Source: an uncultured Chloroflexia bacterium (GTDB lineage: Bacteria > Chloroflexota > Limnocylindria > Limnocylindrales > CSP1-4). Taken from it: a stretch of 64,000 nt of DNA. Below the pieces are notes generated by a model, which was not told the DNA's origin, searched no databases, and was given only the letters and a program-made list of their open reading frames with translations. The stretch spans positions 35,504 to 99,503 of the forward strand of contig CAVZML010000010.1 of the NCBI GenBank assembly GCA_963776395.1. Direction: 5' to 3'. Positions 19,269 through 28,623 of this stretch are shown here, one piece after another. Position numbers and translations under genes: made by a program. The first letter of the stretch is position 1. Each line of letters starts with the position of its first letter.

Positions 19269-20383
19269 TCAGCCGTCCCGGTACCAGCGGACCACGCCGC
19301 CGTCGGTGGCATCGACACGGGGCGCGAGGAGGGCCGCCAGGCGATGGGCATCCCCCTCCACGTCCTGGCGGTCCGCCTCGCTCAGCGGCACCAGCGGGCG
19401 CACGACGACGGAGGCATCCTCCCCCTTTCCCTCGAGCCGCCAGATCCCGGCGACGAACCCGTCGACGAGGAACGCGGCGCCGTCACGTTGTCCCCGAGCT
19501 CCGGCCATTCGAGCGGCGGGAGGATGCGCGACCGGTCCCGGTGCGAGAGGAGGGCGTTGTCGTAGTCGGGAAGGAAGCGCGCCCGGGCCGGGACGTCCGC
19601 GTCGACGAGGACGCCGTCCGGGTGGTCGAAGAGCTCCCGGCCCCGCTCGTCGCGGAACGTGCGCAACGCGGGCCGGAGACGCTCGAAGACCTCGCGCAGG
19701 CCCGTCAGGCCACACCACGCCGAGGCGTCGGCGACCGTTGCCGGGCCGAACGCGAGCAGGTAGCGCATGATCGCCGCATCGGGGGAGGTCTCCGTAGCGA
19801 GGCTGCGGCCGGTCCAGTGCTCGAGGGTCGTGAGGGTCACGCCGCCGCTGCGCCCCCACAGCCCCCTGGGCGTCGCCTGGACCGTCGGCAGCCGGCCACG
19901 GATGGCGTAGGCGAGCGAAGCGGCGTCCAGTTCCGGCCACCGTTCCGCGATCGCCGTCCTCAACTCGGACATCGACCGCGGTCGCTCCTCGACCAGCTCG
20001 CGACCGTATGCCAGGACCGGGGCCAGGGCGACCCCCGTGAGGCCGCGGGCCCAGGTCCGGTTCACGAACAGCTCGCGGTCGAGGACCGGCTGCACGACGG
20101 GCCTCAGGCGGGCGGCGTCGTCCGCGGTGACGAGGTGGATGGTGCCGCGCATCAGCACCGTGCGCACGGCCTCGTGGCTCTCGATCAGGCCCGACAGCTC
20201 GAGGGGGTCGAAGTCCGCGAGGCGGGCGTGGAGGGCGACGTACGGTGAGCCGGGAACCTGGGCCTGGAGCCCGACGAGATAGTCGAGGGCGTCGGCGACG
20301 GGCATCGAGGCGCGCTCCAGGAGCAGCTGACGGGCCAGGAGGGTCCGGTTGAGGGCCCGTGTCGAGAGCAGGGGAGCGGTCAC
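19269..20383 (-). pseudogene. YcaQ-like winged-helix (DUF1006) protein, one frameshift near 19500
   Basis: GTG at 20383 after GGAGG gives VTAPLLSTRALNRTLLARQLLLERA...FLPDYDNALLSHRDRSRILP. The C-terminus AAFLVDGFVAGIWRLEGKGEDASVVVRPL... is in another frame (ORF 19269..19940). Confidence 0.7.
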
Positions 20384-20485
20384 GCAGCCTCCAGGGTCAC
20401 CCGTCGAGCGTAACCAGTCGCGTCCCGGGTCGCTGAGCCCGGGCGCCGGTTGACTGACTGTGCCTCTCCCGACGCCTCGGCCCTC

Positions 20486-20630
20486 GCGTCGACCGCCTCG
20501 TCGACCGCCGCCTCGAACCGCCGCCCGGCCCTTCGCGTCGACCGCCGCCTCGAGCTGCCCCGACCTCGACCGCTGCGTCGACCGATACATCGGCTGCTGC
20601 CTCGACCCCGCGTCGCCTGTGAGTCGACCA
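20486..20630. repeat. degenerate GTCGAC-containing direct repeats
   Basis: CGTCGACCGCC(GC)CTCGA-like units. GTCGAC occurs five times within about 140 nt. Confidence 0.6.
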
Positions 20631-20916
20631 ATTCGGGCAGCCGGCCGCCGCAAGGCGCGAAATGGCCGTGTTCGTCGCCTCGGAGTCGCCAAAGACGGGC
20701 ACGATAGCTCGCCATGGGCATCGGGTCGAGCGCCGTTTAGCGCGGTTTGTCGCCACACCGGCGATGGATCCCGGCGCGGAGACCGGCGTCTGGAGCCTCG
20801 CCCAAAACACACCACTCGGGGGACACCACGCGGTCCGCAGTCCCGGGATAGGCCCGCGGTCACGGCCCCGCGGTCGCGGCCCGCCGTCGCGACCGGGCCC
20901 GCCGCCCAAGCCCCAT

Positions 20917-21140
20917 CCACCCATGGCACGGGTGGTGTCAGGACATCCCGCCAGAGCGCCGCGGTCATCGGGGTCGCGCCCGAGCGTGGGTGGGTCCCGG
21001 CCCGTCCCCGACCCGCGCGTGCACCCGCGAGATGGGTGGTCGCCCGAGTCTGAGCGCCCGGACCTGCGCGAGTACCCTCCCCACGGGTACCCGCTGCCAT
21101 CGGGGGCCCGTGGCGGGCGTCAGCACCCACGTCACGGGTG
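20917..21140. repeat. three similar hairpins, (C/T)ACCC-N7-GGGT(G/A), each loop ending in CAC
   Basis: CCACCCatggcacGGGTGG at 20917-20935. GTACCCtccccacGGGTAC at 21072-21090. CACCCacgtcacGGGTG at 21124-21140. Confidence 0.55.
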
Positions 21141-21464
21141 GCTGATCAGGTCGCCCCAGATAACACCCATGGTGTGAGTGAATGGCTCAGAGCCGAGCGG
21201 AACAAATGGACCGAGGGGACCCGGCGTGGCACGCCCGGCCTCGGCCGGCGGCGCAAGCGGCGGAACAGCGGCGTCGCCATTGGGCGACGTCCGCTCTCCG
21301 GGGAGGGACCCGACGCGTCCCGTGCCTCAACCTTGTCGCCCTCCGGCGGGTCGGCGCGCTATCCCCGGCCTATCCCCGGCGGCCCCGGTCGGTTCCTGGT
21401 TGCTCGGGCGTAGCCCAGGTGAAGGAGCGGCCGAACGCCGATGCGGGACCCGTCGATCCGGCCA

Positions 21465-21896
21465 TCACGGGCTGGACGACTCCCCCCAGCTACGGCCTGC
21501 CCGCGCCACGAGCCCCGGCCGTCGCAGGACAAGCGCAGCGATACCCGCGAGGCTGATGGCGGCAAGAACCGGGACTGCTGCCTTGGCCGCGCGGGGTGGC
21601 AGGATGAGTTCGAAGAATGGAACGGCATCGCCCCACTCGGCCTGGAGCGGCCCGACCGGACACTCCCCGCCACCGACCACGAGCGCCCCTCCCTCGACAC
21701 AGAGGAAGCCGACGCTTGCCCAGAGACGGGGACTCCGGCGCCCCGTCAACGCGGAGGCCCAGATGTAGCCGAGGCACCCGAGCTGCGCGACCGACCAGGT
21801 TGCGTGCACGACGCGCCAGGCTCTCGCCCGACCGCCGAGCGTCGCCCAGCCGTTCTGTCGAACGGGCGGGTCGAGGTTTGCGGGAGTCGCGGTCAT
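21465..21896 (-). CDS. hypothetical membrane protein (possibly DUF2784-like)
   Basis: ATG at 21896 gives MTATPANLDPPVRQNGWATLGG...LGCLGYIWASALTG...GGECPVGPLQAEWGD...VPVLAAISLAGIAALV. TM segments are present. The family call is tentative. Confidence 0.5.
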   Translation of the reverse strand: MTATPANLDPPVRQNGWATLGGRARAWRVVHATWSVAQLGCLGYIWASALTGRRSPRLWASVGFLCVEGGALVVGGGECPVGPLQAEWGDAVPFFELILPPRAAKAAVPVLAAISLAGIAALVLRRPGLVARAGRSWGESSSP

Positions 21897-22276
21897 GGGT
21901 CGCTCGCCTCGATGACCCGCAGGTGCGGGTGGCTCGCCTTCGCTCGCGCCTTGATGCCTTTCAGCATGCCTGCTCCATGTGGTGGTGAAGCGGCTCGCCG
22001 GGTCCGCGTTCGATGAAAGCTGCGACCGGCCACAGCAACGGCCAGAGGACAGGCACATCGCGGGCGAATGGCTCGAGCCAGCCACTGCGGGTCCGAGCGA
22101 TGAGACGGGTCCTCACGCCTGCGTCGAGCGGTTCGGGGACAGATCGAGCGCGATGACATCCAGCGTGTCCAGCCGCGAGTAGGGGACGTTGCCCCGAGTC
22201 GGAGGCGGAGCGATGGTCCGCTGGCTCGACCGTCCCAGGCTGGACGCCAGCCAGCTGGGGTGCTGCCACCTGGACG

Positions 22277-22702
22277 CTAGCGACTCGGCGCAAAGGGGTT
22301 CTCCACCACGACCGAACCGTACGTCGTGCCATCTGCCAGGTCCTCGCTGAGAACGCGTCGACACCCGGCAGTCTCGGCGGCTCGAAGGATCAGGGCGTCC
22401 CAGATCGAGATCTGCCACTCACGACTCCTGTTGATCGCCGAAGCGACGAGCGAGCTGTCGATCGCCACGACGGGCAGGTTCGCGATCTGGCGGACCAACG
22501 CTTCGGCATCCTCGGCCGGCACTGGCACGACAAGCTTCCGGGTGACGACGGCATAGAACTCCGTGAGGACTTGCGTCGAGACCACCAGGTCGCGACCCGG
22601 CGCCGGAGCGGTCACCTCGAGGGCGCGCCGTCGCTTCGCTGGGTCCGCGGTATCGACCGCGTAGACCCAGACGTTCGTGTCAACGAAGATCGGTTCGGTC
22701 AT
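22277..22702 (-). CDS. vapC: PIN-domain toxin VapC
   Basis: N-terminus MTEPIFVDTNVWVYAVD carries the PIN acidic residues. 141 aa, overlapping the upstream RHH gene. Confidence 0.85.
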   Translation of the reverse strand: MTEPIFVDTNVWVYAVDTADPAKRRRALEVTAPAPGRDLVVSTQVLTEFYAVVTRKLVVPVPAEDAEALVRQIANLPVVAIDSSLVASAINRSREWQISIWDALILRAAETAGCRRVLSEDLADGTTYGSVVVENPFAPSR

Positions 22703-22925
22703 GGAGCTCGTCGCGCGTCCAGGTGCGTCCGTGGGGGCCGCTGGTCGCCACGCTGCGTTGGGCGAGCCGCGCGAACCCGCTCAGGGCCTCGTCCGCGCCT
22801 CCGACACCGGCGTAGCGCTCGAGATACTCCCGAAGCACGGCATTGACCGATGTCCCATCCTCGAGGGCGCGCATCCGAGCTTGCTTCAAGAGTCGGTCGT
22901 CGACCGTGATGGTGAGGTTCGCCAT
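22680..22925 (-). CDS. vapB: ribbon-helix-helix antitoxin VapB
   Basis: Sequence MANLTITVDDRLLKQARMRALEDGTSVNAVLREYLERY. It overlaps vapC by 23 nt. Confidence 0.75.
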   Translation of the reverse strand: MANLTITVDDRLLKQARMRALEDGTSVNAVLREYLERYAGVGGADEALSGFARLAQRSVATSGPHGRTWTRDELHDRTDLR

Positions 22926-23275
22926 TGCCGTCGCTGCCTCCCGTGCTACACGGGTTCAGTGTAACACTGTTCGATCCGATCAAACAGACTCCCGGGTTCG
23001 AATCGGAGGAGTCGACGAGCCCGGTCGGACCTCCGGGACATCCGCCGCGACATCCGCCGCCGACGCGGACTGGGTGCCATTGGTCACGAAGCCGGCCCCG
23101 CCGGGCACGAAGGCGAGATGGGCGGGGCTTTGGCTCTTGACGAGCGCGCCTCCCCCGGATTGGCTTGGAGGATCGCGGCCGGCGCGCTCGGGAGGGCTTC
23201 GCCGAGCGGCCCGGTGCCCCGTTGATGGGCCCGGTCGGGAAGACGGTCGCATCGCATGCACGAGGGGGCGCCAAG

Positions 23276-26200
23276 GTGGGCAGACTCGGTTTGGGACGCA
23301 ACCTGCTGAGCGTACGGACGCAGCGGGCGCGGGTGCGGGCAGTCCACGGTTCGCTGTGGCGGGTGGCTGTGGCCGTCTCGGCCGCGGCGCTGCTCACCGG
23401 CAGTGTCGGCCCGACGGCGGCGACCGCCGCCACGCCCACGACGCGCCCGCACGCTGGCGACGAGCCCGAACGCGATGATCGGTGGCAGCTGCGCCGTATC
23501 GACACCCTTCATGGCGTCCTCGGCCCCGAAGTTCGTCGCTCCTCAGCCCACCGCCGCTGCCAGCACGTCGTGGGATCCGACGATGGCCAAGCCCGCCACC
23601 TCGCCCGTGCTCCGCAAGTTCCGCACGCCGGTGACCAGCCACATCGTCCCCGGCCCGTCGCGGAACTCCCCGACCACCGGGTACGGCATGACCACGACCA
23701 GCCCGCGGTGACGACCGCGTCGATCAGCGGCACGGTGATCGGGCCCGACGCGGCGCCTCTCGCCGACATCCAGGTCGAGGCGTACGGCAACAACGCCTAC
23801 TACGGCGCCTCGACGGCGGACGGGACCTACTCGATCGACGTCTCCGCGGGCAGCTACGTTCTCTACTTCTACGACAAGAACGCGGCGCACCCGGCCGGGT
23901 TCTACTCGGCCACCGGGTTCACCGCCGACTACCACGACGCGACCGAGGTCGTGGTCGGCGCCGATGTGACCGGGATCGACATCCAGCTGCCGAGCCCGAT
24001 CTGGATCAAGGGCACGGTCACTGGCCCGGGCGGCATTCCGATCGGGCAGATCTCGGTCGGGGCCTCCAGCATGGACCTCGGCAACGGCGGCACGACCAAG
24101 AGCGCGGACGACGGCACCTACGCGATCGCCGTGACGCCCGGCACCTATTACGTCGGTTTCGCCGACGAAGCCGGGACGTACGCCAGCGGGTACTACGGCA
24201 GCTCCGGCTACACCGCGAGCCAGAGCAGCGCCGCACCCGTAACGGTCACCGCGGCGGACGTCACCGGGATCGACGCCCAGCTGCCGCTCGCCATCCACAT
24301 CTCCGGCGTCGTCACGAGCCCAGCCGGGGCGCCTCTGCAGCACATCACCGTGCTCATCCTGGGCGACACCTCTTTCGGGATCGGGACGACGGCGGCCGAC
24401 GGCAGCTACTCGGTCGTTGCCGCCGCCGACAGCTACTACGTGGCCTTCGTCGACACGTCCAACACCTACCCCACGGGCTACTACAGCACCAGCGGCTACA
24501 AGCCCGATCCGACGAGCGCGACCAAGGTCGTCGTCACGACGGCCGACGTCCCGCACATCAACCTCAGGTTCCCCACCCCGATCTACATCCGGGGCAACGT
24601 GACGGACCTGGGCACGCTCCCGCTCGAGGGCATCACCGTCTATGCGCAGACCGACACCTTCGGCGGCACGGCCACGACGGCCGCAGACGGCGCCTGGTCC
24701 ATCCCGGTGGTCGCCGGAAGCTACCTCGTGTCGTACGCCGACGATGCGGAGGTCTACGCCCCGGGCTACTACAGCCACACCGGCTACCAATGGGACCCTG
24801 CTCTCGCGACGCCAGTCGTGGTCACGACAGCCAATGCGACGGGCGTGAACGTGCAGCTCCCGCTGGCACCTCACATCGAGGGCGTGATCACCGGGCCGGG
24901 TGACGTCGCCCTCGCCCAGATCGAGGTGACGGCGTACGGGTCCTCCGGCACCAGCCGCACCGTGACCGACGCGGACGGGAAGTACTCGGTGGCCGCGTCT
25001 CACGGCAGCTACCACATCGCCGTTCGCGACCCCGCCGGGGCCTACGTCAGCGGCTACTACGCCAGTACTGGCTTCACCACCGACTCGAATGCGGCGAGCC
25101 CGATCCCGGTCGCCTCGGCCGACGTGACCGGCATCAACATGAAGCTTCCTGCGCCCGTCTACCTCCGCGGCACCGTCACCGGTCCGGGCGGCGTGCCGCT
25201 CAAGGGCATCGACGTCACCGCCAACTCGATCGTGTACTCCGCCGATGCCATCACGGCCGCGGACGGCACGTTCGCCATCTCCGTCGTCGCGGCCACCTAC
25301 CACGTCTCGTACTGCGACGTCAACGGCGTCTACGGCAGCGGCTACTACAGCGAGGGCGGCCTCACCACCGACCCGAACGCGGCCTCGCCCGTCGAGGTGA
25401 GCACGAGCGACGAGCTGGGGCTCGACGTCGAGCTGCCGATGGCGATCCACATCACGGGGACCGTGACGGGGGACGGCGGCGCCCCGCTGTCGGGGATCGA
25501 CGTGTTCGTCCAGAGCGGCTCGATGATGACCGACACCATGACCGACCCCGACGGCACCTATTCGGTCGTGGTCGTCTCGGGCTCCTACAACGTCTCGTTC
25601 TTTGACGAGACGATGGTCTACCAGTCCGGGTACTACTCATCGGGCGGCTTCACGACGGACGGTGACGCCGCGACACCCGTAACGGTGGCCGACGCCGACG
25701 TGCCGGGCATCGACGTCCAGATGGTGCGGGTGGTGCTGCCGACGCCGCACATCGGGTCGCTCCCGACGTGGGCGGCGACCACATCGATCGCGGTCCGCTG
25801 GTCCGCGACTCCGGGCACCTATGGAGTCGACGGCTACGACGTCCGCGTCCGGCGGGCACCCTGGAACGGCACGTTCGGCTCGTACGCGACGTGGAAGGGG
25901 GCGACCACCCACACCAGCGCCACCTACACCGGCGCCGCGGGCTCCACCTACTGCTTCAGCGCCCGGGCCATCGACTACTACGGGTTGACCTCGGACTGGA
26001 CGGCCGAGACGTGCACGGCGGTGCCTCTCGACGACCGGTCGCTGACGCGCTCGACGGGCTGGACGGCAAAGACGGGCTCGGCCTACTACAAGTCCACGTA
26101 CCTGTTGACGACCAGGCTCGGCGCGAAGCTCACCGCGTCGAAGGTGGTCGCGCAGCGGATCGCCGTGGTCGCCACGACCTGCCCCACGTGCGGGACCATC

Positions 26201-26386
26201 AAGGTCTACTGGGGCTCCACGCTCCTCAAGACGATCAGCCTCAAGTCTGCGACGACCGTGAACAAGAAGGTCATCGCCGCGATCGCCTTCACGTCGCCGC
26301 GGACCGGGACGCTCGTGATCAAGGTCGCGAGCAGCGGCAAGAAGATGATCATCGACGGCGTGGTGATCCGCCAGACCGGGATGTGA
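23276..26386 (+). CDS. secreted surface protein: seven ~96-aa carboxypeptidase-regulatory-like repeats, an FN3-like domain and a C-terminal domain
   Basis: GTG at 23276 after GAGGGGG. Signal-like LWRVAVAVSAAALLTGSVGPTAATA. Seven repeats of type I(S/K/R)GTVTGPGG.PL..I.V.A....TTAADGTYS..V..GSY.V.F.D..G.Y.SGYYS..G.T.D...A..V.V..ADVTGI..QLP span about 23711-25740. Residues encoded at about 23455-23705 are frame-suspect (see findings). Confidence 0.7.
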   Translation: MGRLGLGRNLLSVRTQRARVRAVHGSLWRVAVAVSAAALLTGSVGPTAATAATPTTRPHAGDEPERDDRWQLRRIDTLHGVLGPEVRRSSAHRRCQHVVGSDDGQARHLARAPQVPHAGDQPHRPRPVAELPDHRVRHDHDQPAVTTASISGTVIGPDAAPLADIQVEAYGNNAYYGASTADGTYSIDVSAGSYVLYFYDKNAAHPAGFYSATGFTADYHDATEVVVGADVTGIDIQLPSPIWIKGTVTGPGGIPIGQISVGASSMDLGNGGTTKSADDGTYAIAVTPGTYYVGFADEAGTYASGYYGSSGYTASQSSAAPVTVTAADVTGIDAQLPLAIHISGVVTSPAGAPLQHITVLILGDTSFGIGTTAADGSYSVVAAADSYYVAFVDTSNTYPTGYYSTSGYKPDPTSATKVVVTTADVPHINLRFPTPIYIRGNVTDLGTLPLEGITVYAQTDTFGGTATTAADGAWSIPVVAGSYLVSYADDAEVYAPGYYSHTGYQWDPALATPVVVTTANATGVNVQLPLAPHIEGVITGPGDVALAQIEVTAYGSSGTSRTVTDADGKYSVAASHGSYHIAVRDPAGAYVSGYYASTGFTTDSNAASPIPVASADVTGINMKLPAPVYLRGTVTGPGGVPLKGIDVTANSIVYSADAITAADGTFAISVVAATYHVSYCDVNGVYGSGYYSEGGLTTDPNAASPVEVSTSDELGLDVELPMAIHITGTVTGDGGAPLSGIDVFVQSGSMMTDTMTDPDGTYSVVVVSGSYNVSFFDETMVYQSGYYSSGGFTTDGDAATPVTVADADVPGIDVQMVRVVLPTPHIGSLPTWAATTSIAVRWSATPGTYGVDGYDVRVRRAPWNGTFGSYATWKGATTHTSATYTGAAGSTYCFSARAIDYYGLTSDWTAETCTAVPLDDRSLTRSTGWTAKTGSAYYKSTYLLTTRLGAKLTASKVVAQRIAVVATTCPTCGTIKVYWGSTLLKTISLKSATTVNKKVIAAIAFTSPRTGTLVIKVASSGKKMIIDGVVIRQTGM

Positions 26387-26664
26387 TCTCGCCCGGGTCG
26401 GCTGGACCCGAGGGCGCCTTCCGCGCCCAGCCCGTCCAGCCGGCCTCGATCATCCGCGGGCCGCTCGATCGCCGGCGCATGGTCCGCATGGAACGCGATC
26501 CGCACGCGGGTTTGGGTGCGGCTGGCCAAGGGCCTCCGACACCAGCCCGTGGCGGCGCACCGGGTCCGGCAGCATCGTGCAGCGAGCTCCGCCCCGACCG
26601 CGGCCTCCCATCGATCGCCGACAGAGCGCCGCGCCGTCTCCGCCTCCCGGAGGTTGCCGGGCCC

Positions 26665-27060
26665 CTACAGGTGCGCGATCGCCTCTGTGATGTCCACGAT
26701 CAGCGCGCCGCGGGCCCACGGAAAGGCCGCCTTCACGCGGTCCATGTCGTCGCCCGACTCGACGATGTGGCCCGTCCCCTTCAGGGTGAAGCCCTGCCCG
26801 GGTCCGATGGTGCCCTGCACCCGGCGCGAAGCGACCAGGACCTGGATCGTGTCGTTGCGCGCCAGGTTCGCCTCCATCTGGCGGTAGAAGCCCGCGGGGA
26901 TCACGAGGCGGTTCTCGCCGATCCCGAGCGTGCGGACATAGTCACCCCACGTCGCCGTGATGTGCGGGCCATGCGGACCCTCGGTGACCATGGCAACGAC
27001 CTCGGTGGCGTCGAGGACCTCGCGACAGGCGCCTTCGAGCAGCGTCATCGAGTTCTCCAT
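26665..27060 (-). CDS. pyridoxamine 5'-phosphate oxidase-family (FMN-binding split barrel) protein
   Basis: Sequence MENSMTLLEGACREVLDATEVVAMVTEGPHGPHITATWGDYV. The start may be 27060 or 27048; the latter has GGAG 6 nt upstream. Confidence 0.6.
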   Translation of the reverse strand: MENSMTLLEGACREVLDATEVVAMVTEGPHGPHITATWGDYVRTLGIGENRLVIPAGFYRQMEANLARNDTIQVLVASRRVQGTIGPGQGFTLKGTGHIVESGDDMDRVKAAFPWARGALIVDITEAIAHL

Positions 27061-27234
27061 TCGCGGTGTGTCGTGACAGTGGATCAACGGTACATGGACG
27101 CCCACTGATGGCGATTTCCCTTACTGATGAAGTGTTTGACGGTCGATGGCGGCGCTCGATCGCCGCTCAGGGGCCGGGCACTGTGCCGGCCAGGGCCATC
27201 GCGAGCGCACAGGCAACTGCGGTTCGCTCGATGA

Positions 27235-28623
27235 TCATTGGCCGATCGGGGTCCAGGTGTGGCCACCGTCGCTCGTGGTCAGCAGCATGGACTTCAGCCC
27301 GGTGCCGTCGCATAGGGGGTCCGGCGCGGGAGTGACCCAGCTTCGCCCCGGACCACAGGTGTGCTTCGCCCAGCCGTGATCCGGTGAGATGAAGCTCGTG
27401 GAGATCCCGCCGTTGGCTACGGTCGCGCCAGTGATCTCGCGCCAGGCGCTCCCGCCGTCGACCGTTGACCAGATCGCCGAACCGTCAGCCGCCACGATGA
27501 CTGCCGTGGTCGCGGACAAAACCTGCGCATCCCACCCGTAGTCGGTGTACGGCAGTACCTTCATCAGGCGCCACGAGTGGCCGTTGTCATCGCTGGCATA
27601 CAGGGTTTCGTGGTCGCCGTCGCTGATCGGTACCACGAGCGTGCCGTCATCCTGTACCCACGGGGTCCCGAAAGCATTCTTCAGGGTGCCTGCGGGCATG
27701 GTGGCGTCGGTTGGGAACGAGCGTGCCGGCCACGTCGCGCCCCCGTCCGTCGACAACCAGAGGCGATCGTCGAACGGCTTGTTGTCAGCCTTGCCCACGG
27801 AGAATGACAGGACACTACTTCCGAGGACCGGGCTCAGCTTCCCCCCGCCGTCCGGCAAGGTGGAGACGATGGGGCCTGTCCACGTCCGTCCGCCGTCGGT
27901 CGTGTGATAGATGCGGAGCCGTGCGAGCGTGGCATCCGTGACGTCGTAGAAGGTGGCATTGCCGTCGGCGGGCGTGCGGAACGTAAGAACGGGGTAGGCA
28001 CCGAGAGGGTCATCGATCGAAGCCTGGACCCATGAGGAGCCGGCATCATGGGTGATCGCGATCGTGACCGGAGACGTGCCGTACGCAAAGACGACGGTAT
28101 CGGTGTCCAGCATGAGGACGGCGGCGTCCGGCTTGACGCCCGTCGGCAGCGGGACATCGCTCCAGGTATGGCCAGCATCGCTCGTGCGATACAAAGCCGA
28201 GTCTGTCGCCACCCACCCGACCGTGTCCGAGACGAGCCGGAACTGGTAGTTGGCGAGGTCGCCGAACATGCCCTCGTGGCCCGGCAACTGGTTGCTCGGG
28301 TTGGGCGTGGGGGACGCCGCCGCCCGTGCGGATGGGCTCGCCGACAAGGAAGCCCCAACCACCTGGCCCGGGTTGGTGGACGGATCCGCTTCCCGGAGCC
28401 GACCGATCTGCGGGATGAGCAGTGCTACGAGGGCCACGATGCCCGCCAGTGCCACCGCGCGGCCAAGGACCGGCCATTGACGGGGTCGCTGCGGCGCCAG
28501 CTCTTTGAGCCCTACACGGATGCTGGTGGCGAGCGTTGGATCGGCTTCGCGCGGCACCACGTCGGCGAATGCCGCCCGGATCTCACGCTCCAGTTCAGTC
28601 GACATCACAGTGCTCCCGGTCAC
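27235..28623 (-). CDS. membrane anti-sigma-like protein with extracytoplasmic seven-Asp-box (BNR) beta-propeller
   Basis: The GTG at 28623 overlaps the sigma-factor stop (GTGA). One TM (VALAGIVALVALLI). Seven S/T-x-D-x-G-x-(T/S)-W boxes: TSDAGHTW, THDAGSSW, TTDGGRTW, STDGGATW, SDDNGHSW, TVDGGSAW and TSDGGHTW. Confidence 0.7.
   Translation of the reverse strand: MTGSTVMSTELEREIRAAFADVVPREADPTLATSIRVGLKELAPQRPRQWPVLGRAVALAGIVALVALLIPQIGRLREADPSTNPGQVVGASLSASPSARAAASPTPNPSNQLPGHEGMFGDLANYQFRLVSDTVGWVATDSALYRTSDAGHTWSDVPLPTGVKPDAAVLMLDTDTVVFAYGTSPVTIAITHDAGSSWVQASIDDPLGAYPVLTFRTPADGNATFYDVTDATLARLRIYHTTDGGRTWTGPIVSTLPDGGGKLSPVLGSSVLSFSVGKADNKPFDDRLWLSTDGGATWPARSFPTDATMPAGTLKNAFGTPWVQDDGTLVVPISDGDHETLYASDDNGHSWRLMKVLPYTDYGWDAQVLSATTAVIVAADGSAIWSTVDGGSAWREITGATVANGGISTSFISPDHGWAKHTCGPGRSWVTPAPDPLCDGTGLKSMLLTTSDGGHTWTPIGQ

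Noticed and set aside
20917-21140. Guanidine-II (mini-ykkC) or 6C-type small RNA, suggested by paired hairpins with CACGGG or C-rich loops
   Set aside because: The loops are 7 nt rather than ACGR tetraloops. Only one loop is C-rich. There is no terminator or suitable downstream gene.
23543-23545. In-frame TGA in the antisense peptide read as selenocysteine or programmed readthrough
   Set aside because: No SECIS-like hairpin is evident and the fragment has no start context. A pseudogene or inverted fragment, or the plus frame-0 reading, is a simpler explanation.
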